Of a stretch of 64,000 nt of DNA, positions 1 through 9,596 are shown in pieces. The notes beneath the pieces are model-generated. The model did no database searches and was not told where the DNA came from. It saw only the letters and a program-made list of their open reading frames with translations. Location: positions 160,001-224,000 of the forward strand of contig CAVPCR010000003.1 of NCBI GenBank assembly GCA_963702435.1, written 5' to 3'. This DNA comes from Candidatus Eiseniibacteriota bacterium. Its GTDB lineage: Bacteria > Eisenbacteria > RBG-16-71-46 > CAVPCR01. The position numbers were made by a program, and so were the translations under genes. The stretch's first letter is position 1, and every line of letters starts with the position of its first letter.

Positions 1-1
1 G

Positions 2-484
2 CCCGCGATCGTCGCCCGCCAGACGGCGGAGCGGCGCCGGCCCGTGCGCGTCCTCCGTGAGCGAAGCCCAGGCCGGACCCAGCGAGCGGAGAACCGCCGC
101 GTCGGTGCGCTCCTGCCAGGTGGCGCGCTCCGGGAAGATGAGGGTCGAGTCCGGCAGCACGCAGTAGACCAGCTGATAGGCAGGGATCGCGGTGAGCTGG
201 GTCAGGAGAGCGGGCACCTCGGCCGGGCTCTCGGGAGGATTGGCGCGGATCGCGACCATCAGGCGCTGCTCCTCCGTCCACAGCTCGTTCTCGGCATGGT
301 CGATCGAGAGCTCGGCCAGGTATTCGCCGTAGTCGCTCCAGCTCCGCCGGCCCAGGGATTCGAGTCGGTCGAGGAGGCTCAGGGCGAGCACCGAAAGGAG
401 GATCGCCGGCAGGAGGAGCACGCCGACGACCAGGAGGATGAGGGAGCGCCGCCGGGGCGAGCGCAAGATCGGGAGATCCAGCAT
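2..484 (-). CDS. N-terminal part of a membrane-anchored protein, possibly a sensor histidine kinase (runs off the window edge)
   Basis: Translated by hand (not in ORF track): MLDLPILRSPRRRSLILLVVGVLLLPAILLSVLALSLLDRLE..., open to position 2. Basic N-terminus, one TM helix, then an extracytoplasmic region; high GC3. The kinase call is inferred from topology only. Confidence 0.6.
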   Translation of the reverse strand, partial: MLDLPILRSPRRRSLILLVVGVLLLPAILLSVLALSLLDRLESLGRRSWSDYGEYLAELSIDHAENELWTEEQRLMVAIRANPPESPAEVPALLTQLTAIPAYQLVYCVLPDSTLIFPERATWQERTDAAVLRSLGPAWASLTEDAHGPAPLRRLAGDDRG

Positions 485-610
485 GCGTGATCAGCTCGGA
501 AGACCCCGCCCGCCGGAAGCGGCCGGGACGGAGATCCCGGGCGCATTATCCCACAGGCCGGGAAGCGCGACCGGCGGCGTTCCGCCATCGCCCGCGCCGG
601 CCGATGCCCG

Positions 611-646
611 GAAAAAGCAAGGAGGGAGAGATCGCTCTCTCCCTCC
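611..646 (-). terminator. Rho-independent terminator
   Basis: 11-bp stem (GGAGGGAGAGA/TCTCTCCCTCC, 621-646) followed on the minus strand by TTGCTTTTT, downstream of 748..1287. Confidence 0.7.
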
Positions 647-747
647 CCTGAGCTTGCGACGACGCCACTGCCCGTCCGGAGACTACCGATCGCCCCCCTG
701 TGACCGGCCGGACGGCATCCGGGCGCCGCCGCGCTGAGGGGGATCCC

Positions 748-1287
748 TCAGGATCCCCGCACACCCTTTTCCTTGGTCTCCTGCGATGCCAGCTCGTGCA
801 GGGCTCGCACCACGTTCTGGTCGTCGGACGTGATGATCGTGAACACCCCGTGCACCGAGTTGGCCACCTCGAAGCTCGCTCCCTTGAGCCGCCCGAGGAG
901 CTCCCTGCAGGCGGGACACGCCTTGCACGACTGAGGCCGCTTCCAGTACTCCTCGCGGAGCTTCTGCTTCTCGAACGTGTACTGCTGGAGCTCGACCACC
1001 GCCTCGGGCCGGTCGCACCGGAGGTGGATCACCACCCCGTTGGGTAACGCCCCCACTTCCCGTGTCGCCCCGCCCATCGCGCCGGCATGCCGCGCGTAGG
1101 AGGCGCAGAAATCACACTCCCCGGCATGGGCTGCACCCTTTTCTCCCGGGTTCTCCGGCGGGCCCCCCGCGGTGTCCTGTGGTCGGGCCACGCCCACCAT
1201 CACGGCGACGGCCGTGGCCACCGCCATGCGCATCACTACGGCCAATCTGTCCATCTTCACCTGGGCCCTGCCGGTTCTCCGTTCCAT
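748..1287 (-). CDS. Exported hypothetical protein with two CxxC-containing repeats (alternative start 1254)
   Basis: Signal-peptide-like N-terminus; CDFC and CPAC each followed by a similar EV..x.(N/H)GV...I..D...V..L segment; terminator downstream. Confidence 0.7.
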   Translation of the reverse strand: MERRTGRAQVKMDRLAVVMRMAVATAVAVMVGVARPQDTAGGPPENPGEKGAAHAGECDFCASYARHAGAMGGATREVGALPNGVVIHLRCDRPEAVVELQQYTFEKQKLREEYWKRPQSCKACPACRELLGRLKGASFEVANSVHGVFTIITSDDQNVVRALHELASQETKEKGVRGS

Positions 1288-1764
1288 CCACGCCGCGAGG
1301 GGCTGCCCCAGGCTGCTGCGACCGACGCCCTAATCTACCCGGGAGCCGCGACGCAGGTTGTCACCCGCAAGTGAACCCCCTGCAAACTCTTTGTGAACGG
1401 CGCGGCCGCGGGCGCCGGCAGGAAGGGGCGTCACGCGGCGGCCACGCAGCAGTTTGCATGCTGCCCGCCATGCCCGGGGATCGTGTTCCGGAGCGGAGGC
1501 TCCCCCCGGGCCGCGGGGCGAAGGGCACCCCGGCGCCGCCGGAGGACCTACCCGGGCCCCAGACCGGAAGATGCCGGCTGGGGCGGCTGCCCCGGGGGCG
1601 CCGGCCTCCGACAGCGAGGCAAAAGGCGGATCTCCATGGCCGCGGGAACGAACTGTGCTAATGACGGGTAGGAACCGGGGAGACCGGGGGCCGGCCCGGC
1701 TGACCCGGCTGACCCGGCGGCTGCATTCCCCGGCTGGTCGCTCGACAAAGGGGTGATCGTTCCG

Positions 1765-1962
1765 ATGCGCGTCAAAGTGGTGGATCAGAGGTCCTTCGAG
1801 AAGGCGCTCCGGCGTTTCAAGCGCGAGTGCATTCGCGAGGGGATCATGTCGGACATGAGAAAGAGCGAGTTCTACGACAAGCCGAGCGTCAAGCGGCGCC
1901 GGAAGGCCAACCGCGCCCGCCGCCGGCGGTTGCGCATGATCGCCGAAGCGCAGGGCGACTAG
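1765..1962 (+). CDS. rpsU: 30S ribosomal protein bS21
   Basis: SFEKALRRFKR...EFYDKPSVKRRRK signature; SD-like AAGGGGTGA upstream of ATG 1765. Confidence 0.97.
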   Translation: MRVKVVDQRSFEKALRRFKRECIREGIMSDMRKSEFYDKPSVKRRRKANRARRRRLRMIAEAQGD

Positions 1963-2129
1963 AGCCCCGCACCCGTCTCGACAGAGCCACGATGCAGGGC
2001 CCGTCCCGCTTCCGGCGGGGCGGGCCTTCGTACGCGTACCCGGCCCGCTGCGCCGGCGCCTGCCGGGTGTATGGTTGGGGTGTCCTGTGCCGACCCCGCG
2101 GACCCACCCGTCCCGAGAGCGAGGGCACC

Positions 2130-4421
2130 ATGCCGCCGCTTGCCGCATCACGGACGATGTCGTTCTTCTGTCTGGCCCTCATCGTCTCGATCGGACTCGA
2201 CGCCCCGGTCGCCCGGAGCGCCGATCCCCTGTGGTCCGATGTGGATGCCGGCTCCATTCCGGGCGCCGGTCTCCGCGCGGACCAGCATCGCCCCGGCCGC
2301 ACGCTCGTTCTCGATGTGGGCCGGCTCGACCGGGAGCTCTCCCGCGCTCCCCGCGAGGGAACCGCGGCGGCCGGGGAAGATCCGCTTCTCCTCACCCTCC
2401 CGCTGCCGGACGGGGGCGCGAGCCGTTTCGCGATCGTCGAGTCGCCGCTCCTCGCGCCGGAGCTCGCCGCGCGCCACACGGGGATCCGGACCTACCTGGG
2501 GCGGGGCCTCGATGATCCGACCGCGACGGCGCGGCTGGATCGCACGCCGCACGGATTCCATGCCCTCCTCTTCCTCGCCGCCGGGACGGCGTACATCGAT
2601 CCCTATCAGGGTGGGGATGTCGAGCACTACCTCGCTTACTGGCGGCGCGACGCCCATGGCCCGGGTCTGTCGTGCCGGGTCATCGACGAGATCGGGGCCG
2701 CAGCGGAGATTCGCTCCCTGGTGGCGAGCGGGCTCGTCGCCGGGCACGGCACCCAGCTCCGCACGTATCGCGCCGCGGTCGCCGCGACCGGGGAGTACAC
2801 GGCCTTCCATGGCGGCACCGTGCCGCTGGGACTCGCCGCGGTGACGACGGCGATGAACCGCGTGACCGGGGTCTACGAGCGCGAGGTCGCGTTGCGCATG
2901 CAGCTCGTGGCCGGCAACGACCTCCTCATCTACACGAACCCGAACACCGATCCCTACTCCAACTACGACGGCGCCGCCATGCTGGGCGAGAATCAGACCG
3001 TCCTCGACGCGGTGATCGGCAACGGCAATTACGACATCGGACACGTCTTCTCGACCGGCGGCGGAGGGATCGCCTATCTCGGCGTGGTCTGTGTCGGCGG
3101 CTACAAGGCGCGCGGCGTGACCGGATCGCCTTCCCCGGCCGGCGATGCGTTCTACATCGACTACGTCGCGCACGAGGTGGGGCACCAGTTCGGCGGCCAT
3201 CACACGTTCAACGGAAATGCCGGCGCCTGCGGCATGGGCGGGCAGTGGTACGCGCCCACCGCTCACGAGCCGGGGAGCGGCTCGACCATCATGGCCTACG
3301 CCGGCATCTGCGCGCCGCAGGACCTGCAGCTCCATAGCGACGCCTACTTCCACTTCGCGAGCCTCCAGGAGATTGTGGCCTACACAACAATTGGTAGTGG
3401 CAATGGTTGTGCATCAGTCGCGCCGACCGGGGTGGTGGTGCCGGGGGTCCAGGCCGGGACCGGCGGGTTCACGCTGCCGAAGGGCACTCCGTTCACCCTG
3501 ACCGCCACGGCCACCGTGGCCGGTACTCCCACCTACTGCTGGGAGGAGTCCGATCTCGGACCGCAGGGGCCCCCGAACTCCCCGTCCGGGACCGCCCCGA
3601 TCTTCCGCTCCTTCAGCCCGGTGGCCGACGCCCGGCGCACCTTCCCACGATTGTCGGACATCCTCACCAACTCGCAGACGATCGGCGAGCTCCTGCCGAG
3701 CTATGCGCGGAGCCTCTCCTTCCGGGTGACCGTACGCGACGTGCAGGCGGGCGGGATCGGGGTCGAGAGCGCCGCGCTCGCTCTCAGCGTGACCGGGGCG
3801 GCCGGGCCGTTCGTCGTGACCTACCCGAACACGACCGGGCTCCAGTTGACCGGCGGCGGCCCGCTGACCGTGACCTGGAGCGTGGCCGGCACGAGCGCGC
3901 CGCCCGTGAACTGCCAGAGCGTGAACGTCAGATTCTCGACGGACAACGGGACGAGCTTCCCGACGACGCTCGCCGCGGGGACGCCGAACGACGGGAGCGA
4001 GACCGTGCTCCTCCCCAACGTCTCGGCGCTCGTCGCCCGCATCAAGGTGGAGGCGGCGGATCATGTCTTCTTCGACATCGGCAACTCGTTCCGCGTCACC
4101 CCGGGGACCGGTGTGGAGGATACGGCGCCGGCGGCGGTCGGGCGGGGGCTCGTGCTCGCCGCGAATCGCCCGAATCCGTTCCATCCACGGACGCAGATCA
4201 CCTTCACGCTGCCCGTGGCGGGACCGGTCGCGCTCAGCGTGTACGACCTCTCGGGACGCCTGGTGCGGACGCTCGTTGCCGGCTCGCGGCCGGCCGGCCC
4301 GCAGGCCGCGTCCTGGGACGGGAGGGACGAGCGCGGGCTGCCCGTGGCTTCCGGGATCTACCTCTACGAGCTCACCGCCGGCGCCGAGCGCGCGACGCGG
4401 CGCATGCTGCTTCTGAAATAG
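2130..4421 (+). CDS. Secreted reprolysin-like (M12B-type) zinc metallopeptidase with C-terminal FlgD-Ig/T9SS-like domain
   Basis: HEVGHQFGGHH zinc motif, GSTIMAY Met-turn, propeptide, signal peptide, C-terminal NRPNPFHP...VYDLSGRLVRTL...WDGRD...SGIY. Confidence 0.92.
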   Translation: MPPLAASRTMSFFCLALIVSIGLDAPVARSADPLWSDVDAGSIPGAGLRADQHRPGRTLVLDVGRLDRELSRAPREGTAAAGEDPLLLTLPLPDGGASRFAIVESPLLAPELAARHTGIRTYLGRGLDDPTATARLDRTPHGFHALLFLAAGTAYIDPYQGGDVEHYLAYWRRDAHGPGLSCRVIDEIGAAAEIRSLVASGLVAGHGTQLRTYRAAVAATGEYTAFHGGTVPLGLAAVTTAMNRVTGVYEREVALRMQLVAGNDLLIYTNPNTDPYSNYDGAAMLGENQTVLDAVIGNGNYDIGHVFSTGGGGIAYLGVVCVGGYKARGVTGSPSPAGDAFYIDYVAHEVGHQFGGHHTFNGNAGACGMGGQWYAPTAHEPGSGSTIMAYAGICAPQDLQLHSDAYFHFASLQEIVAYTTIGSGNGCASVAPTGVVVPGVQAGTGGFTLPKGTPFTLTATATVAGTPTYCWEESDLGPQGPPNSPSGTAPIFRSFSPVADARRTFPRLSDILTNSQTIGELLPSYARSLSFRVTVRDVQAGGIGVESAALALSVTGAAGPFVVTYPNTTGLQLTGGGPLTVTWSVAGTSAPPVNCQSVNVRFSTDNGTSFPTTLAAGTPNDGSETVLLPNVSALVARIKVEAADHVFFDIGNSFRVTPGTGVEDTAPAAVGRGLVLAANRPNPFHPRTQITFTLPVAGPVALSVYDLSGRLVRTLVAGSRPAGPQAASWDGRDERGLPVASGIYLYELTAGAERATRRMLLLK

Positions 4422-4438
4422 TGTGGAACGACCGCGCG

Positions 4439-6571
4439 TCACGGTGGGTTCGCCGCCCCGCCGAGGGCGGCGAGCCCGCGGCGCGCGCGCTCGTCGGCGG
4501 GCGCGACCTCGATCGCGCGCGCGAAGTGACGGCGAGCGGCGACCTCGTCCCCGGCTCGCGCGGCCACGCGCCCGCGAGCGAGAAGGACCTCGAGGTGATC
4601 GCTGCCCCCCGGGGCGGCGGCGGCCGCTGCGAGCTCCCGTTCCGCGGTGGGGAGGTCCCCGTCCAGCTCGGCGAGGAGACCGAGGTTCAGACGGGCGGCC
4701 CCGTCGTCCGGATCGAGGGCGAGCACCCGCTCGAACCCGGCGCGCGCGGAGTCGCGCCGGCCGGCGCGGGCGGCGGCGAGCGCCCGGGCGAAGAGGGCTC
4801 CGGCCTCGGCTGACCGCGCCGGGCGCGCCCGGGTCGTGTCGGCGGCGCCGCGGGCCCGCGCGAGAGCGCCGGCGATGCGCGGGTCGCCGGGCGCGCGGGC
4901 GGCGGCCGCGGCCAGCGCGCGCACGGCCTCTTCGCGGCGCCCGAGCTCGAGCTCGGCGAGACCGAGGCCGAGGAGGCTCGCCGCGCCGCCCGGATCCAGG
5001 GCGAGCGCCTGCCGGTACTCGGCGGCGGCGTCCCGGTAGCGACCCTCGCGGAAGTAGGCGTTGGCCAGGTTGTGCGACGCCGCGGCGATCTCCCGATAAC
5101 CGGCCGCTAGCTCGAGCTCGCGGCGAGCGCCGGCCGCGTCCCCGTTCTCCGCCAGCACCGTGGACTTGATGAGGTGGGTCTCCGCGCGGCTGAACTCGGG
5201 GTGGGGCGCGAACGCCGAGACGAGCACGAGCACCCCGGTCGACGCGGCGAGCGCGCCGAGCCGGCGCCCGTCCCCCGCCCGCACCGCGCCGAGGGCCGCT
5301 TCGAGCGCGGCCGCCGCGCCCAGCGCGAGCACCGGCCAGAGGAGGAGCCGGTAACGATCGGTCACGAAGAAGAGGGCGAGGACGAGGAGGATGAGCGCCG
5401 TGGTGAGAGCGAGCCAGCCGGCGGCAGGAGCGCGGCGCGCGAGGAGCAAGGCGATCCCGACCAGGCCGAGCGGGCCGAGCCACACGAAGCGGACCGGGGT
5501 CCAGGCGAGAACGGGCGAGAGCGCGGCGAAGTAGGCGAGCGGATAGTGGTTCGGCACCTCGTAATGATTCACGGCCAGGAGCAGTTTCTTGCCGAAGAGA
5601 GCGGCGGCCGCGACCGGGTTCGCGGCGATCCAGGTCATGGTCTCCCCCGTCCAGAAGCGGGAGACCGCGGCCGGACCGAGCGCCGTGTCGTCGCGGGCGG
5701 CGACGGCCGCGGCGCGCGCCGACGGGTAGAGACCGAAGCTCGAGTTCACGAGCCCGGACGCCGGCGGCAGATCGAAGCCGCCCCCCGCGCCGGCATGGTT
5801 CCCGATGTAGAAGTTGACGCCGGCGCCCGCGGAGAGCCCCACCCACTGCCCGCTCGTTCGATGCTGGAGCCAGCTGAAGCAGAGGAACGAGACCGCCGCG
5901 CCGAGCAGGAGCGACGCGAGGCGGCGGCGGCGCGGGCCGCGGGCCAGCGCCGCCGGCACCGCGCCCGGCACGAAGGCGAGGGCCTGCGGCTGCCCGGCCG
6001 CCGCGGCCGTGAAGGCCGCCCCGGCCGCGAAGAGGAGAGCGCTCCCCTCCCCCTCGAACGCCCGCGCCACGGCGTAGACGCCGAGCGCGAGGAGCAGGAG
6101 GACCGCGCTCGCGGCGAGGAGCTCGCCGTCGAAGAAGAGGGCGACCGGGGAGGCGGCGATCGCAAGCCCCGCCACGAGGGCCGCCCGCCGTCCGAGGAGC
6201 CGCCCCGCGGCGGCCGCCACGAGCGTCGCGGCGAGGACGCCGCCGGCCGCCTGGAGCCAGCGCACGAGCCCGAGCGCCTCCCCGGCGAGCGCGAACACCG
6301 CCGCGAGGAGGAACGGGTAGAGCGGGGCCGTGAAGGCGTGCGCCGCCGCGACCTCGCCCGCGAGGAGGGCGCGGGCACGAGCGACGTAGACCTCGCTGTC
6401 CCCGGTGACCGCCTGGAACAGGGGATCGTGCTGCACCGAGAGCAGGTGGACGATCCGGAGGACGCCGGCGGCCCCCGCGACGAGGAGGAGATCGCGCGGG
6501 CGGACCGGGGAGGGGCGGGCCGGGGCCCGCGCTTCGCGCTCAGCGCCGAGCGGCATCGCGCGCGCTCGCAA
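4439..6571 (-). CDS. GT-C (ArnT/PMT-like) glycosyltransferase with C-terminal TPR repeats
   Basis: D..VY...A and PLYPFLLA motifs, many TM helices, NFYIGN loop, DRYRL motif, then TPRs (HNLANAYFREGRY..A..EYRQALALDP). Confidence 0.85.
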   Translation of the reverse strand: MRARAMPLGAEREARAPARPSPVRPRDLLLVAGAAGVLRIVHLLSVQHDPLFQAVTGDSEVYVARARALLAGEVAAAHAFTAPLYPFLLAAVFALAGEALGLVRWLQAAGGVLAATLVAAAAGRLLGRRAALVAGLAIAASPVALFFDGELLAASAVLLLLALGVYAVARAFEGEGSALLFAAGAAFTAAAAGQPQALAFVPGAVPAALARGPRRRRLASLLLGAAVSFLCFSWLQHRTSGQWVGLSAGAGVNFYIGNHAGAGGGFDLPPASGLVNSSFGLYPSARAAAVAARDDTALGPAAVSRFWTGETMTWIAANPVAAAALFGKKLLLAVNHYEVPNHYPLAYFAALSPVLAWTPVRFVWLGPLGLVGIALLLARRAPAAGWLALTTALILLVLALFFVTDRYRLLLWPVLALGAAAALEAALGAVRAGDGRRLGALAASTGVLVLVSAFAPHPEFSRAETHLIKSTVLAENGDAAGARRELELAAGYREIAAASHNLANAYFREGRYRDAAAEYRQALALDPGGAASLLGLGLAELELGRREEAVRALAAAAARAPGDPRIAGALARARGAADTTRARPARSAEAGALFARALAAARAGRRDSARAGFERVLALDPDDGAARLNLGLLAELDGDLPTAERELAAAAAAPGGSDHLEVLLARGRVAARAGDEVAARRHFARAIEVAPADERARRGLAALGGAANPP

Positions 6572-7034
6572 GGAGGAGCCCCGCGGCGAGGAGGAGGACC
6601 GCCCCGTTCACCGCCACCGAGCGCCGGTGCACCGCCATGAACGCCGCGCGCCGCGCCGCCGCGGTCGGCGCATCGAGGCCGGGCACGTTCATCGCGGTGC
6701 GGAGCTCCGCGGCACGCGGGGCGACGGCCTCTCCGGCGTAGATCGTGAGGACGAGCATGAGCGCGAGGAGGACGGCGACGAACCGCCGGCCGCCGATCCC
6801 CTCCTCCTGGCGCTTGCGCGCGAGGGTGATCGCGCTCACGGCGGCCAGCGCGCCGCAGGCCACACCGAGCCGCGAGTAGAGCGGGAAGATGGCGCTCACC
6901 GCATCGCCCGCGAGCTGGGGCTCGAGCGTACGGAAAAGGGTCGGGGCGACGAAGAAGGAGAAGAAGACGAGGCTGCCGAGCCACACCGCGATGGCCGCCA
7001 GGTAGACGAATTCGAGCACGGTACGCATCGTCAT
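6540..7034 (-). CDS. DUF4149/TMEM205-like membrane protein
   Basis: WLGSLVFFSFFVAPTLFRTL...AG......FPLY and F...H..SV..N motifs; four TM segments; SD AGGAGA. Confidence 0.85.
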   Translation of the reverse strand: MTMRTVLEFVYLAAIAVWLGSLVFFSFFVAPTLFRTLEPQLAGDAVSAIFPLYSRLGVACGALAAVSAITLARKRQEEGIGGRRFVAVLLALMLVLTIYAGEAVAPRAAELRTAMNVPGLDAPTAAARRAAFMAVHRRSVAVNGAVLLLAAGLLLASARDAARR

Positions 7035-7287
7035 GGATCGTCTCCTTTCCTGCCGGGAGTGGCCATGGGTCGTCTCCTCTCCCGGCGGAAGTGGCCAGCT
7101 CCGCGCGGGGCGGCCCGGCGCACGCGCCGACTCGTGCGACTCGCCACGCCACGCCCGAGGACTGCGGCCCGCGCATTCTGCCAGACTCCCCCTTGCTGCG
7201 AATACCCCGACCTGCCCTTCGCGCCGGCGCCGCGCGGGCCCCGCCGCGGGAGCCCGGCGGGCATCCGCGCCCGCGCCCGCGCCGGGT

Positions 7288-7315
7288 TTGACCTTCCCCG
7301 GTTCGCCCCTATAAT
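7288..7315 (+). promoter_or_regulatory. sigma70-type promoter of the methyltransferase gene
   Basis: TTGACC-16 nt-TATAAT, ending 9 nt before ATG 7325. Confidence 0.75.
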
Positions 7316-7324
7316 CATGCGCGG

Positions 7325-8287
7325 ATGAGTCCGCGAGCCTCTGCACCCCCCTCGCCCTTGCCGACGCAAGTGGTAACGGCCTGCCCCGCCTGCGCTACGG
7401 CGGATCTGGCGCCGGCTGCCTTCGGCTATCGATTCGTAGACTTGGACTTCCCGGCCGTCCGGTGCACGGGATGTGGACTCACCTTCCTTGCTCGCCAGCC
7501 GACCGCCGCCGGTCTGGCGCAGGTCTACGCTGCGGAGTACTTCGAGTCGGATTACCACTGCGGGCACGAGGACAGCCCCTACTTTGCCTGCGAGAGCGAG
7601 CAGGTGGCTGCGGCCGGCGTGCTCCTCGCCTGGATCGAGCGCCAGATCCCCCGGGGGCGCATCCTCGAGGTCGGATGCGCCGGCGGGTTCTTCCTCAAGG
7701 CCGCGGCAGAGCGAGGCTGGTCTCCGGTCGGCGTCGAGATCGCAGCGAGCGCCGCCCAGTTCGCCCGCGAGCGTCTGGGACTCGACGTTCGCACCGGCAC
7801 GCTCGACAGCGTCGAACTGCCCGCGGCGGCTTTCGATGCAGTGTATCTCGGTGACGTGCTCGAGCACCTGCCCGCTCCCCTCGCGGCGCTCCGGGAGGTG
7901 AACCGGGTGCTGCGCCCGGGCGGTGTGGTCATGATCGCGGGGCCGGTGACGATCAACTCGCTCGACCGGCGGCTGGGGCTGCTCGCGTATCGCGCTCTCG
8001 GACGCACGAAGACACTGCGCCAGCCGCCCTATCATCTGAGCGAGTTCACGCCGCGGACTCTCGCCGGGACGGTACTGCGCGCAGGACTCGATGTGCTCTG
8101 GATCCGCGAGCAGAAGATCCCGCCCGCATGGCGCAATCCTCGCCGCCGCTCCCCGCTCGAGCACGGGCTCAAGCTCTTGGTCGACGGTCCGAACTGGCTC
8201 ATCACGCACCTCACGGGCCGCCTCGGCGATCGCGCCATCCTGCTTGCGGCCAAGCCCGCGCCCGCGGAGCACACGAGCCGCCTCTGA
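7325..8287 (+). CDS. Class I SAM-dependent methyltransferase with N-terminal Zn-ribbon
   Basis: CPAC...CTGC, ILEVGCAGG motif I, FDAV...DVLEH, LRPGG. Confidence 0.92.
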   Translation: MSPRASAPPSPLPTQVVTACPACATADLAPAAFGYRFVDLDFPAVRCTGCGLTFLARQPTAAGLAQVYAAEYFESDYHCGHEDSPYFACESEQVAAAGVLLAWIERQIPRGRILEVGCAGGFFLKAAAERGWSPVGVEIAASAAQFARERLGLDVRTGTLDSVELPAAAFDAVYLGDVLEHLPAPLAALREVNRVLRPGGVVMIAGPVTINSLDRRLGLLAYRALGRTKTLRQPPYHLSEFTPRTLAGTVLRAGLDVLWIREQKIPPAWRNPRRRSPLEHGLKLLVDGPNWLITHLTGRLGDRAILLAAKPAPAEHTSRL

Positions 8288-8534
8288 TCCCCGCCGCCGG
8301 GGCAGCAGGGCCTCGGCGGCGGCCATCGCCCGTGCAACTGGCGGCTCGCGCTGCCCGGGTGTCTTGCCGCGCGTCGCGGCGCGGCGTATGCTGGATGGGT
8401 CCCTGGGGGCTGGCATGCCAACCTGCACTCCTCGCCGTCGATCGCTCTTCTTCCTTCGCGCCCGCCAGGGGCGACTGCCGGTGCTTTCCCGCCCGGCAGC
8501 GGATTTCCCTCCCTTTGCCGTCAGGAGGTCCGCC

Positions 8535-9596
8535 ATGCGCCTCGGGTCTGCTCTCGTGCCTTTTCTTCTCGTGGCTGTCGTTGCGGGCACTGCCCACGCC
8601 ACCACCCGTCACGTGCCAGCGGAGTACCCGTCCATCCAGTCCGCTCTCGACGCTTCGACCGTCGGCGACCTCGTGCTGGTGGCCCCGGGCACCTACTTCG
8701 AGAACCTCTTCATGGGCTCCCAGCACAACGGGGTCGCTCTCGTCAGCGAAGGGGGAGCTGCGGTCACGACCATCGACGGCGGCCATCTGAACCGCGTGCT
8801 GCGGGCGACCTCCGTCGGCCCGCAGACCAGGATCGAGGGCTTCACCCTGGCGAACGGGCGGGCGGAGCCGTTCACGCCCAACAACATCGGCGGCGGCATC
8901 CGCCTCGATCACGCCGATCTCGCCATCGTCCGCAACGTGATCCGCGACAACTTCGCGGAGGGCGCCGGCGGGCTCTACGTGAACTACAGCTCGCCGACGC
9001 TTGTCGACAACGTGATCCGGGACAACGAGGCGCTCGGGTCGGGAGGCGCCATCTACTGCGATCACTACGGCAGCGCGCTCATTGAGCGGAACGTCATTCA
9101 CGGCAACCGGTGCGGGCACTACGGCGGCGGCATCACGATCTGGCAAGGGGCCACGCCGCTCGTGCGCAGCAACACGATCGTCGCCAATGTCGCCACCCTG
9201 GGCGGGGGCGGCATCTACGTGACGACGAACTCGCGCCCCGAGATCGCGCGCAACATCGTGGCATTGCATGCCGCCGGCAACGGGATCATGCGTGGCGATC
9301 AGGAGTCCACGCTCGTTCTCTCCTGCAACGATCTGTGGGAGAATGCCCCGGCCAACTACGCGGGGTGGCTCGATCCAACCGGCACGGACGGGAATATCGC
9401 CCTCGATCCCCTCTTCTGCGATTCTGGGAGCTTCGACTTCCGGATCGCGGACGTCTCGCCCTGCGCGCCCGACCACAGCCCGGAGGGCTGCGCGCTGATC
9501 GGCGCCCTCGATGTCGGGTGCGGCCCGACCGCCATCGAGGCGGCGAGCTGGGGACTCATCAAGACCCGCTACCTGCTGCCGGGCTCCGGGAAATAG
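8535..9596 (+). CDS. Secreted right-handed parallel beta-helix (pectin-lyase-like) protein
   Basis: SD AGGAGG, signal peptide, VPAEYPSIQSALD...VAPGTY.E, repeated GGGI/GGAI...N motifs, GNIALDPLFC, C-terminal SWGLIKTRY. Confidence 0.9.
   Translation: MRLGSALVPFLLVAVVAGTAHATTRHVPAEYPSIQSALDASTVGDLVLVAPGTYFENLFMGSQHNGVALVSEGGAAVTTIDGGHLNRVLRATSVGPQTRIEGFTLANGRAEPFTPNNIGGGIRLDHADLAIVRNVIRDNFAEGAGGLYVNYSSPTLVDNVIRDNEALGSGGAIYCDHYGSALIERNVIHGNRCGHYGGGITIWQGATPLVRSNTIVANVATLGGGGIYVTTNSRPEIARNIVALHAAGNGIMRGDQESTLVLSCNDLWENAPANYAGWLDPTGTDGNIALDPLFCDSGSFDFRIADVSPCAPDHSPEGCALIGALDVGCGPTAIEAASWGLIKTRYLLPGSGK

Noticed and set aside
3414..5846. 810-aa Arg/Gly/Pro-rich ORF and many similar alternative-frame ORFs
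   Set aside because: Off-frame readings of GC-rich genes that have clear motifs in another frame.
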